Below are positions 1 to 8,858 of a stretch of DNA of 22,877 nt, piece after piece. Origin of the DNA: a candidate division WOR-3 bacterium (lineage in GTDB: Bacteria; Hydrothermota; Hydrothermia; JBDRYB01). Every line of letters starts with the position of its first letter. The first letter of the stretch is position 1. The stretch lies in NCBI GenBank assembly GCA_049969615.1, contig JBMFOM010000020.1, positions 1 through 22,877 on the forward strand, read 5' to 3'. The position numbers were made by a program, and so were the translations under genes. Below the pieces are notes generated by a model. That model was not told the DNA's origin and ran no database searches. It worked only from the letters and a program-made list of their open reading frames with translations.

Positions 1-1
1 C

Positions 2-352
2 TACTGCGCTGGGAACCAGCTGTATCCCGGAGGTAACGACCCCTGCATCCTCCATTACAAGTATAACAAGATCCCCGAGGACACCGGAAATTCTTATCTT
101 GATTGGGATTGGGCTCAGACTGTTTATAACGGGCCGGGCCTGAAGTTCTCGTTGAAGCAAAAATCCCAGGTTTCGTTCTCCCTCTTTAATGTGGCGGGCC
201 TGAAGGCTTACGATAAAGACCTTGGCCTCCTTGAACCGGGGCTTCACACGATCGGATTGCCCAACATGAGGGTCGGGGTTTATGTTCTTATTATGGAAAC
301 AAACGGGGATGACATCTCAAGAAAGCTCGTATTCACAAGAGGAGGGCTGTGA
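2..352 (+). CDS. 5'-truncated exported protein ending in a T9SS/FlgD-like C-terminal sorting domain
   Basis: Frame 2 is open from the window edge (YCAGNQLYPGG...WAQTVYNGPGLKFSLKQKSQVSFSLFNVAG...GVYVLIMET...SRKLVFTRGGL*). The tail has the 'SLFNVAG...GxHTI...GVYVL...RKLV' pattern and is paralogous to the tail of the next gene. Confidence 0.8.
   Translation, partial: YCAGNQLYPGGNDPCILHYKYNKIPEDTGNSYLDWDWAQTVYNGPGLKFSLKQKSQVSFSLFNVAGLKAYDKDLGLLEPGLHTIGLPNMRVGVYVLIMETNGDDISRKLVFTRGGL
218..289 (+). repeat. 72-bp near-identical repeat, copy 1 (inside C-terminal sorting-domain coding sequence)
   Basis: 69/72 identical to 1591-1662 by manual alignment. Confidence 0.95.
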
Positions 353-1722
353 TGTTTAATATGATGGCTATTTTGGTATTGGCTTTCTCCGTGCAGGGCC
401 CGGCGGAGCCTTATCCTTTCAAGGTCGACACTTCTAAGCCTTATCGGCCCTTCCAGCCCGATTCCCTCAATGTAAAGCTCCTGAGTTATGTTGAGGACAC
501 GACGATAAGCATCCTTGACCTCGCGGCATCCGAGGATGGGGATTACATTTACGCGGCATGCGGGAGGAACGGCCTGGTAATCTATGACATCTCGGATCCA
601 AGAAACCCATTTAAGTTGAAGACCGGGGATAGCCTAAATTGGGTATACTCTGTAGCGGTTAAGGGCCATTTTCTGTATTTCAGTCTCGGTAGCGCAGACA
701 GCATGATAATAGCTGATATAAGCACTCCTTCCAATCCCGTGATTGAAGGTGTTGTTACCCCTTGGGGTGGTTATATCCAGCAAATGATTATTTCGGATAC
801 CCTTATGTATTGTGCGCGTGGACCACGAGTTGTCACCTTCTCCATAAGCGATCCAACAAACCCTTCATTCCTGGGCCAGCATGTAGTCTTCACCTTTGCC
901 AATGTGAGCTCAATATCAGTCCTTACCACTATTCTCTATGCCATCCCTGAAGAATACGGCGATCCCAACGATAGCACTCCGGTTTACCTGTTTGATGTCT
1001 CTGATCCTACCAACATCGTCAAGATCAACGAGATCTGGCTCCCCGGAGGCCAGATGTCCTGCGTAGCGGCCTGGAAAGATACATTCAACTTTTTCTTGCC
1101 CACCTATGGCCATACTTTCCTCTATGTCCTCGGAGGGATATGGGCTGATTACATCTGGGATGTGACTGATCCCCTGAATCCGGAGCTGGTGTGGGAGGCG
1201 CATATTGGAGGAACCCCACCAGGACAGATTCACCTGCACTCAAAGTTTTCTTATATTGCTTTTCTGCTTGAGATCTACGACCGAGAAATAGAACCAGAGG
1301 GCTTTCACGAAGTTGGATATTATAGAGGGCTCAACGCTGGTGCTGGAAAGCCTTTGTGGGCTAATGGTAATATTATTGAGGGGTTTGGTTCAATATGGTC
1401 TCCCGGTCGCCTGGCCATCTTCCAGTTCTCAGGGGACACGGTTCCCTCAGACACAACAGACACCACAAACCCGTATATCAGCTGGGTCAGAACCGTTTAT
1501 GATTATCCCCGGCTTGACTTTACCCTTGAGAAAGAGGCTCAGGTATCATTCTCCCTTTACACTGTTCTGGGATCAAAAGCTTATTATCAGGACCTTGGCC
1601 TCCTTGAAGCGGGGCTTCACACGATCGGATTGCCGAACATGAGGGCCGGGGTTTATGTTCTTCTGATGAAAACCAACGAGGAAAGCTTTAAGAAAAACAT
1701 CGTCTTTACAAGAGGTTACTGA
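352..1722 (+). CDS. LVIVD-repeat beta-propeller protein with T9SS/FlgD-like C-terminal domain
   Basis: Repeats GLVIYDISDPRNP, MIIADISTPSNP, VVTFSISDPTNP, VYLFDVSDPTN, YIWDVTDPLNP. Hydrophobic N-terminus, a DT-rich linker, then the tail domain. GGAGG at 341-345 favours ATG 352 (TGATG overlap with the upstream stop). Confidence 0.85.
   Translation: MFNMMAILVLAFSVQGPAEPYPFKVDTSKPYRPFQPDSLNVKLLSYVEDTTISILDLAASEDGDYIYAACGRNGLVIYDISDPRNPFKLKTGDSLNWVYSVAVKGHFLYFSLGSADSMIIADISTPSNPVIEGVVTPWGGYIQQMIISDTLMYCARGPRVVTFSISDPTNPSFLGQHVVFTFANVSSISVLTTILYAIPEEYGDPNDSTPVYLFDVSDPTNIVKINEIWLPGGQMSCVAAWKDTFNFFLPTYGHTFLYVLGGIWADYIWDVTDPLNPELVWEAHIGGTPPGQIHLHSKFSYIAFLLEIYDREIEPEGFHEVGYYRGLNAGAGKPLWANGNIIEGFGSIWSPGRLAIFQFSGDTVPSDTTDTTNPYISWVRTVYDYPRLDFTLEKEAQVSFSLYTVLGSKAYYQDLGLLEAGLHTIGLPNMRAGVYVLLMKTNEESFKKNIVFTRGY
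1591..1662 (+). repeat. 72-bp near-identical repeat, copy 2
   Basis: 69/72 identical to 218-289. Confidence 0.95.
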
Positions 1723-1723
1723 G

Positions 1724-4342
1724 ATGATCCCAGTAGCAATAACTATAACCCTGATAACGGCTGGAGACATAGTCTTTGGCGCATGCCACGATCAACCTGG
1801 GGAGGTTTATAACGATACCCTTGGCCTTGAGTTCTCCTCAGTGGACATATGGTGGATAAACTGCTTCCACGGAACCAGCTACCAGACCCTATCCAACCAG
1901 GTAAAACAGGGCATAGCCTTGGGACATCAGAAGGGATACGAGATCATAGCCTTCAGGCTGGGAGAGGGGACAACTGACACTGTTTCTCTGTTCACCAGAA
2001 ACATCTTCGGTTATGATGAATTGCATCTGGGGAACCCGAACAAATATGACACCCTTGCTCACAGGGCCTTGGGTGCTATCATGGAATATACCATGTGGCC
2101 ACCATTTGACACCTATGGCCCGGATGAACCGCCTGACCCAATGGGGACCTACTGGGCCGAGTCCTGCGACTCGTTCATGTATTACCTCCATGATACTATC
2201 CATTACTTCAGGATATGGAACGAGCCTGATGCTTTCAGGAGGCATGTGCTGAGGGATTATTACAGGGTGTTTGTGCAGAGTCCACCCACACCAAGCGATA
2301 CAACTTGGTTCACAGATACACTCTACACCAAATACAGTTCGGACTCCTTTAAGGTCATAGTCGGCAACCGCTATGACAACCCCGACTCTACCCGCCGAGC
2401 TCTTCTAACCTTCAAATTCTACAAATGGCACCCCGATGAAGGCTGGCTCAGGGACTCCGTTTTCCAGGAAACTGTCCGGGTGTCCCAGAACCTTGAGGCC
2501 TGGATAAAAGAAACCGCTTGGACTCCAGCCTACTTCGTCAACTACTTCCAAAAACCAGCCTACCTCAAGGCAAAGGCTTACAACCAGAACATGAAAGTGG
2601 TGATGGTTCCTAGAAGCTTTAACCTGTGCGGGCTTGAGGATCCGCCCGGAGGTCAGGGACACGAGTGGCCCAGTATTTTTCTCTGGCCTTATCCCTACAT
2701 AATAAATAACCCGGATACTCCCGGCCTCTACCAGTGGGCCGACGCGTTCTTTGACGCCGGGGGGGCCAATTACTGCGACATCCTTGAGTATCACGTCTAT
2801 GTTGACTGGAAGATCATGGACTACCAAAACCCGAACGAGCCATATCACACAGACCCCTGGGAGACCCTCCCTGAGGTTCTTCAGGCCTTGGTTGATGTCC
2901 ATCAGGAGCATGGCATAGCCAGCAGGGAGCTCTGGCTAACCGAATTCGGGGCCAACTCCGCGACACTGGCGGACACGACCCCGGCTGAGTCCGTAAGGAA
3001 CCGGCTCAAGGCCGAGTATCTGGTTCACTACTACGATGTCTTTAGAAAGTTCATGAGCACGGACAGCTTTAACCTAACAGTGACACAGATGTATAATTAC
3101 AGGGAGAGGGGAATAGAGTGGGCTATGGGTGATGATTTTGGCCTCGTGGGTTTCAGTCCGACCAGTCCTGACACGATGGTAAAATATCCTGAGCAGGCTT
3201 ACATGGCCATGAGGGAATACCTGAAAGCATATGATCAAACGGACACCCTCCTCGCCTCCCGGCACTCCGAGGCCACCTTTGGCCCAGGAAACAAGCTTGC
3301 CCTTGTCCCCGCGCGGGGAACAATAAGCAAGTGCTGGGTCGCCTTCCCTTATAAAGAGTATGTGTCAGCCCAGGAGTCCCTTGTTCTCAAGGGGATAAGG
3401 GTTCTGAAGATGGATACCCTTGGGAATGTTGACTCAGTCATTAATCTCACGGCCTCGCCATATAACAAGGTTGACGAGGTGGCCATCGCGGTCGCAGGAG
3501 GAAGGCCCTGCATAGTCTTCACGACCTCTGACAGTGGGAACCTCTTTTACTGGTATAGGGGAATTGCCAATCCAGAACGATTGTGGAGCTCAGGAACCCA
3601 CACCGGACAGGCTCTTTTCCCGGACATCCAGGACCTCGGTGACACGATTCATGTCCTCTTCTACGGAAGATACCAGAGCTCCTATTATATCCGGTGGCTC
3701 AAGTTCCGGTATGACGACCCATCGTCCAGTTCCACGAACCTGAATGTTGGCGCTGAGCCAGCCTGGCTTTCGTTTGACCTGAATAATCAGGGATACCCGT
3801 GGGTTGTCTGGAGCCTCGGAAATTCGGTATATCTGTCCCGGTGGGATGGCTCCGCGTGGAGCGCGACAAAGACCGTCGTCAACTCATACGCGAAGTGGCC
3901 TGATATTGCCATGTCCGGCTCTGACACAGCCTGGGTGGCCTGGCACAATTCTGACAAGGATAGCGTGTTCGTCAAGGGATACCAGCCATATAATTCTTTT
4001 GGAACGCCAATATTCAACGGCTCTGTTGGCCCGTCCAGGGCCGAGGCCTCCTATCCTAAGATAGACTATTACTCCAACAAGGCCTACCTCTTGTGGGCTG
4101 ACAGCAACAGGGTTGAAACTGATCCCCAGACTCACTTGGTGAACCCCTACAAGCCCTGGTCATACGACATCCTCTACGCCCACGGCAGGAGATCCTTTAC
4201 TAAGGCTTCCATAGGGGATACGCCTCTGCACTCCCTTTATCCCAGCTTCTCGGCCAGGGTCGCGGACAAGTTCCTTTCCGTCTGGACTGAGGGGGAGTAT
4301 GGGATAGAGAGGGTTTATTACAGGCCTTTGGGGGTAGAGTAA
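1724..4342 (+). CDS. Exported clan GH-A (GH39/GH5-like) glycoside hydrolase fused to a C-terminal beta-propeller-like region
   Basis: Acid/base motif IWNEPD, DILEYHVY and nucleophile motif LWLTEFG. The C-terminal half has repeated 'P.I......(W/H)VxW' beta-blade segments. Short hydrophobic N-terminus. Confidence 0.7.
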   Translation: MIPVAITITLITAGDIVFGACHDQPGEVYNDTLGLEFSSVDIWWINCFHGTSYQTLSNQVKQGIALGHQKGYEIIAFRLGEGTTDTVSLFTRNIFGYDELHLGNPNKYDTLAHRALGAIMEYTMWPPFDTYGPDEPPDPMGTYWAESCDSFMYYLHDTIHYFRIWNEPDAFRRHVLRDYYRVFVQSPPTPSDTTWFTDTLYTKYSSDSFKVIVGNRYDNPDSTRRALLTFKFYKWHPDEGWLRDSVFQETVRVSQNLEAWIKETAWTPAYFVNYFQKPAYLKAKAYNQNMKVVMVPRSFNLCGLEDPPGGQGHEWPSIFLWPYPYIINNPDTPGLYQWADAFFDAGGANYCDILEYHVYVDWKIMDYQNPNEPYHTDPWETLPEVLQALVDVHQEHGIASRELWLTEFGANSATLADTTPAESVRNRLKAEYLVHYYDVFRKFMSTDSFNLTVTQMYNYRERGIEWAMGDDFGLVGFSPTSPDTMVKYPEQAYMAMREYLKAYDQTDTLLASRHSEATFGPGNKLALVPARGTISKCWVAFPYKEYVSAQESLVLKGIRVLKMDTLGNVDSVINLTASPYNKVDEVAIAVAGGRPCIVFTTSDSGNLFYWYRGIANPERLWSSGTHTGQALFPDIQDLGDTIHVLFYGRYQSSYYIRWLKFRYDDPSSSSTNLNVGAEPAWLSFDLNNQGYPWVVWSLGNSVYLSRWDGSAWSATKTVVNSYAKWPDIAMSGSDTAWVAWHNSDKDSVFVKGYQPYNSFGTPIFNGSVGPSRAEASYPKIDYYSNKAYLLWADSNRVETDPQTHLVNPYKPWSYDILYAHGRRSFTKASIGDTPLHSLYPSFSARVADKFLSVWTEGEYGIERVYYRPLGVE

Positions 4343-4387
4343 AATGCCTTCAAGAAACCCAAAAACCTTAAAAGGAGTTAAGTATAG

Positions 4388-4927
4388 ATGAGAAGACCAC
4401 CAAGAACGCCAGCGAAGAACATGGGCGCGAAATATAGGATAAACGAGGAGATAACCTCAAGGGAGGTAACGGTCATAGACGAGAGCGGAAAACCCCTTGG
4501 TACTATGGGCATCCGCGAGGCTCTTGAACTGGCATATTCCAGAGAACTTGATCTGGTGGAGGTCGCTCCCACCGCTACGCCTCCGGTCTGCAAGGTCATG
4601 GACTACGGCAAGTTCATCTACCAGGAAAAGAAAAAGCAGAGGGAATCAAAGGGACACACATCAGAGGTCAAGGAGATAAGCCTGCGGCCGAACATATCCG
4701 AGCACGACCTCGGGGTGAAGCTAAAGAAGGCCAGGGAGTTCCTGGAAGAGGGCCACAAGGTCCGGTTCAGGCTCATCTTTAAGGGCAGGGAAATAGTTCA
4801 CTCCGAGGAATACAAGGAAATATTGTTCAAGATAGCGGAAATGCTGGGCGATATCTCAAAGGTGGAGTCCCCGCCCCTGCTTAACGGCAAGATAATGCTA
4901 ATGCTGGTTAGGCCAGGGAGAAAATGA
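4388..4927 (+). CDS. infC: Translation initiation factor IF-3
   Basis: RINEEI, LDLVEVAP...PPVCKVMDYGKFIYQ, VKEISLRPNI, GHKV...FKGRE. AGGAG at 4373-4377. Confidence 0.97.
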   Translation: MRRPPRTPAKNMGAKYRINEEITSREVTVIDESGKPLGTMGIREALELAYSRELDLVEVAPTATPPVCKVMDYGKFIYQEKKKQRESKGHTSEVKEISLRPNISEHDLGVKLKKAREFLEEGHKVRFRLIFKGREIVHSEEYKEILFKIAEMLGDISKVESPPLLNGKIMLMLVRPGRK

Positions 4928-4984
4928 AATCGGCCCATCGCTTCTGGGCCTTGAGGAGCAACGAACAAAGAGGGATGAGCAACA

Positions 4985-5863
4985 ATGGTTTGGCTCTGGC
5001 AACTATATTTCATAGCCTCGCTCATGGTTGTCTGGGGATTCATCGCCTTCATCTGGGCCAGGGGGGCGGCGAGCTCCGGGTCTTATGAGTTCATGAGGCT
5101 GGCCGTCCACACGGTGCCCGGATTCATGGCCTTGGGATTCAAGTGGGTAGTGGAGCACCGGGGCCTAAGAAGGATGTTCCCGGAGCTGGGGGTCCTTCCG
5201 GGTAGGTTAAAGCTCTGGCCTCTGGCTATTGTCATACCCATCCTAGCAGTTGTCGCTGGACACGGCATTCCCCTGCTCGCTGGAATTGTCCATTTTGATC
5301 CCTCCCTTTCCAGGCTGATTGAGGAGCTTTCGGTCACGGGACAGGATGTCCCCGCTGACATCTGGGGTTTTTTCTGGGCAAGGCTGGGTATGTCCCTGTC
5401 AGTGGGCCTCTTGATCTTCCTGCCAGTGGCCATTCTGACCGAAATCGGATTCAGGGCATATCCCCTGGAAGTCCTCTCGGAGAGGTTCGGCGTCAAGACC
5501 ACCGTGCTATTGACGGCCGTGTTCTGGACAGTGGCGCTCATGCCTTTCCTGTTTCTCAGGAACCCATATGGATCACCCCTCGGGATACCGGTATATCTGG
5601 CATTCGCATGGGGATGGGGCAGTCTGATGGCGTGGCTCTACACAAGGGCAAGGACAATCTTAGTCCCGGCCCTGGCACTCATCATACTGGATGTTCTGGA
5701 TGGCTCTCTGTCATACATCTTTCCGGGCAATCCCCTGCTGACTGGCGCTGAGGGGCTTGTGGGCGCTGTCTTTATCCTGGGCCTCGGCATAGTAGCGCTC
5801 CTCATTACAAAAGAGATATACATCCCCCCAAAGATGGAGGGCCGAAAGCCCGCGGAGTCGTGA
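4985..5863 (+). CDS. CPBP (CAAX protease/Abi) family-like membrane protein with degenerate catalytic motifs
   Basis: Multiple TM helices. 'LTEIGFRAYPL' aligns with the EExxxR motif, and 'WLYTRARTILVP' matches the family segment before motif 3. The conserved His residues are absent. Confidence 0.7.
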   Translation: MVWLWQLYFIASLMVVWGFIAFIWARGAASSGSYEFMRLAVHTVPGFMALGFKWVVEHRGLRRMFPELGVLPGRLKLWPLAIVIPILAVVAGHGIPLLAGIVHFDPSLSRLIEELSVTGQDVPADIWGFFWARLGMSLSVGLLIFLPVAILTEIGFRAYPLEVLSERFGVKTTVLLTAVFWTVALMPFLFLRNPYGSPLGIPVYLAFAWGWGSLMAWLYTRARTILVPALALIILDVLDGSLSYIFPGNPLLTGAEGLVGAVFILGLGIVALLITKEIYIPPKMEGRKPAES

Positions 5864-5866
5864 GGA

Positions 5867-7291
5867 ATGATTCTGTCAATCATCTTGGCTTACCAATCAT
5901 ACTACGGGATCACGAATCTCCTGGACAGGGGCGAGTTCAGCAAGGCCCTCTCAGCCATAGACAGCGCGCTCACGGAGGACCCATCCGACACACTACTCAG
6001 AGAGCTCCAGATCAGGGCGCTAATAGGGCTTGGGAAAAGCGATAATGCCCTCGTGCTGGCCATCAGCCTCGGAAAAGAGATAAACACCAGGGACGAGTTC
6101 TATAGGCTCTTCTACTTCTTCAAATACCAGGGCCAGGAGGAGAAGGGGATAAAACTTCTGGCCGAGGCCCGCAAGAGCCTGAAGGACAAGCAGGTGTTCG
6201 CAAGGGAATTTTATTCCTACTACGCATCCAGGGGCGAGACCGAAAAGGCAATACCAGAGCTCTTTGCCTGCTCATCTGAGCCAGGACTGAGATATTGGCT
6301 CTCTGATGAGATAAGGTCCCTCTCAAAGAAAAACCCTGGCGTGATCGGGAATCTATCGGAGTGGATGGCAGGGAATCTCCATCCGGACTGGCTAAAGCTC
6401 CTCTGTTATGAGCTTGCGCTCCAGTCAGGGTCCTGGGAGATAGCCAGGCGATGGGCTGGCGACGACGGAAGGCTCATGGATGTCGCGGAAAAAGCTCTGG
6501 CAGGAGACAAGACTGCCGAAGCAATGAAGCTCCTCCAGGGGGTCAAGAACAGAGGAGATAGGTATCACGCTCTCATGGGAGATTGCCTTTCGGCTGCGGG
6601 AAAATACCAAGAGGCTGAGACTTACTACAAATTAATAGAAAACAAGACCCTCCGGGAGACCAGGCTGGCAGGGCTTTATCTAGGCGCCTACAATCAGCCG
6701 GAAAAGGCAATGGGCCTCTCCGGCAATGTTGTTGATAAGGCTGAGGCGCTCATTAAAATGGGCAATTTTGATTCTGCTCTTTCGGTGGCCTCGGAAATGA
6801 ACCCCCCTGACCGGCTGTATTTCTCAGGAAAGATTGGGCTTTTTATGGGCCAGGATTGGGCACATGATACCTTAAAAAAGTTCGTGGCGCTGTATTCCAG
6901 GGACGAGAGGGCAACCGAGGCCCTTGTCTGGCTGGAGATATGTGCCAGTAGCGGGAACTGGCCGGACTATTTCCGGGCGCTCTGGGAGCTTGAAACCGGG
7001 AAAAACGAAAAGACCCTCTCCTCGGAAGCGCCGGACTCAGCGCTCTCCGGATATTTTGGCGTTCTCCGGGCCCGGGCAACAGAGGCCTCCGGAAAACCAG
7101 ACGAAGCGCTTGTTCTATATGGCAGGATAGCGGAAGCGGGGGGCTTGGCGGGCGCGGAGGCTGCTTTTAGGGCCTGGAAGCTCTCCTTGAAAATGGACCG
7201 CGAGAGCGAGGCGCGAGGTTTCTTGATGATTCTGGTCAGGAAATACCCACGGACGCCGTACGGCATAATAGCAAGGGAGTATATACCATGA
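5867..7291 (+). CDS. Tetratricopeptide-repeat protein, probably exported
   Basis: Helical TPR-like segments (GEFSKAL, GDCLSAAGKYQEAETYY, GNFDSAL) and a BamD/YbgF-like ending (LVRKYPRTPYGIIAREY). Short hydrophobic N-terminus. Confidence 0.75.
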   Translation: MILSIILAYQSYYGITNLLDRGEFSKALSAIDSALTEDPSDTLLRELQIRALIGLGKSDNALVLAISLGKEINTRDEFYRLFYFFKYQGQEEKGIKLLAEARKSLKDKQVFAREFYSYYASRGETEKAIPELFACSSEPGLRYWLSDEIRSLSKKNPGVIGNLSEWMAGNLHPDWLKLLCYELALQSGSWEIARRWAGDDGRLMDVAEKALAGDKTAEAMKLLQGVKNRGDRYHALMGDCLSAAGKYQEAETYYKLIENKTLRETRLAGLYLGAYNQPEKAMGLSGNVVDKAEALIKMGNFDSALSVASEMNPPDRLYFSGKIGLFMGQDWAHDTLKKFVALYSRDERATEALVWLEICASSGNWPDYFRALWELETGKNEKTLSSEAPDSALSGYFGVLRARATEASGKPDEALVLYGRIAEAGGLAGAEAAFRAWKLSLKMDRESEARGFLMILVRKYPRTPYGIIAREYIP

Positions 7292-8727
7292 ATCTGATTT
7301 CCGGCGCTTGTGAACGAGCAGGAACCAAAAGGGCATTCCTATTCAATCCGCCGACCGGCCTCTACATTAGGGGCGAGGACAGGTGCCAGGTTCCAGTTGA
7401 GGACCTGACAGCTACCTCTGCTAGGATGCCCCTTGATTTGACATACATAGGAGCGGATCTTGAGAGGGCTGGCCTGGAGGTCATCATCAGGGACTACCCC
7501 GTTGAGGGAGGTGATCCCCTCCGGGACGCGCTTGAATTTCGGCCGGACATCGCCCTGGCATCAACCACATCATTTAGTCTGAGCAGGGACCTTGACTGGC
7601 TTGAAGTACTGAAGGGCCACCTCCCAGGTCTTCTAGTTGGAATAAAAGGAGCAGAGGCAGAAGCAGAGGACAGGGTCCTTCTTGAAAATTTTCCATTCAT
7701 TGATTTTGTCCTGAAGGGGGAATATGAGCTGACGATGGGTAGGATGGTGTCAGAACCAGACTGGCGAGGGATTCCGGGCGTCTCCTTCAGGAGAAACGGT
7801 CGGATATTCATCTCTGACCAAGAACCTGTCATAGAAGACCTTGATTCCTTGCCTTTTCCGGCCAGACACCTGATCCGCAACGAGCTGTATGTCAGGCCGG
7901 ACACGGGCCAGCCTCAGACCACCATACAAACCGGAAGGGGCTGTCCTCACAAATGCATATATTGCCTCGCACCGATTCTCTCCGGAACAAAACTGAGGCT
8001 CCGTAGCCCAGAAAGTCTCGTTGATGAAATGGCGGAGTGTATTGAGCTTCACGGCATAAGAAACTTCTTCACCAGGGCAGACACATTCACCATGAACAAG
8101 AAGTGGACTATTGATGTCTGCAAGGAGATAATTGACCGTGGATTAAGGATAAACTTCGCCTTCAACTCCAGGGTTGATACATTTGACAGGGAAAGGGCTG
8201 AATGGATAAAAAGAGCGGGGGGCTGGCTGGTTGCCTTTGGCGTAGAATCCGGCTCAGAGCGTTCCCTAGAGCTCATGCAGAAGGGCCACACAAAGGATGA
8301 CGCGCGCCGGGCAGTCGCGTTGGCAAAGGAGCTTGGTTTTGCCACATACATATTCTTCATAGTGGGTTTCCCATGGGAGGATTGGGAAGACCTTGAGGAA
8401 ACCCTTGCTTTCGCGATGGAGTTGGACGGAGATTATCTGGAAATTCACATAGCTGTTCCTTTCCCTGGTACAACACTCTATGAAATAGTGAAAGATAGGG
8501 GATTTCTGGTTCACCAAGAGCTCACGGGCTTGGGACACGGAACCCCTGCGGCCAGGACAGAGCACCTTTCCCTTGAAGAGATAAAGGCCTGGCGGGATAG
8601 GGCATTAAAGGAATACTATACGCGGCCTGGCTATATCTGGAGGATGATCCGCGGCGCTAAAAGCCCACGGGTTGTGGCAAATTACATAAAATATGGGTTC
8701 AAGAGGGTCCTCGGGAAGGGAGGGTGA
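7288..8727 (+). CDS. B12-binding domain radical SAM enzyme (HpnJ/BchE-like, class B type)
   Basis: GRGCPHKCIYC (CxxxCxxC), N-terminal NPP...PLDLTYIG cobalamin-binding region, DLDSLPFPARHL, FGVESGS, FIVGFPWE, PFPGT. ATGA overlap with the TPR gene. Confidence 0.9.
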   Translation: MNLISGACERAGTKRAFLFNPPTGLYIRGEDRCQVPVEDLTATSARMPLDLTYIGADLERAGLEVIIRDYPVEGGDPLRDALEFRPDIALASTTSFSLSRDLDWLEVLKGHLPGLLVGIKGAEAEAEDRVLLENFPFIDFVLKGEYELTMGRMVSEPDWRGIPGVSFRRNGRIFISDQEPVIEDLDSLPFPARHLIRNELYVRPDTGQPQTTIQTGRGCPHKCIYCLAPILSGTKLRLRSPESLVDEMAECIELHGIRNFFTRADTFTMNKKWTIDVCKEIIDRGLRINFAFNSRVDTFDRERAEWIKRAGGWLVAFGVESGSERSLELMQKGHTKDDARRAVALAKELGFATYIFFIVGFPWEDWEDLEETLAFAMELDGDYLEIHIAVPFPGTTLYEIVKDRGFLVHQELTGLGHGTPAARTEHLSLEEIKAWRDRALKEYYTRPGYIWRMIRGAKSPRVVANYIKYGFKRVLGKGG

Positions 8728-8744
8728 TCCCTCATTGCTAATCT

Positions 8745-8857
8745 GCCCTTTGGAATCCGGCCGCCCCAGAATTTGAGGCTGAGAACCATAAGGTTTTGAA
8801 AGCATAGCCGCAAATTCGTTCAGTTTCTCCAAACACATGATCCTGCCCAGGAAGTGG
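8745..8857. repeat. Intergenic repeat element, copy A
   Basis: Block 8745-8768 matches 15854-15877 at 20/24, and block 8830-8857 matches 15929-15956 at 24/28, in the same order and orientation. Confidence 0.8.
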
Positions 8858-8858
8858 A

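Noticed and set aside
4932..4952. GGCCCA-N7-TGGGCC hairpin after infC
   Set aside because: Only two T residues follow, too weak to call a terminator.
4924..5088. 54-aa ORF after infC as a possible RiPP precursor for the CPBP/radical SAM cluster
   Set aside because: It overlaps the CPBP gene out of frame and has no leader/core character.
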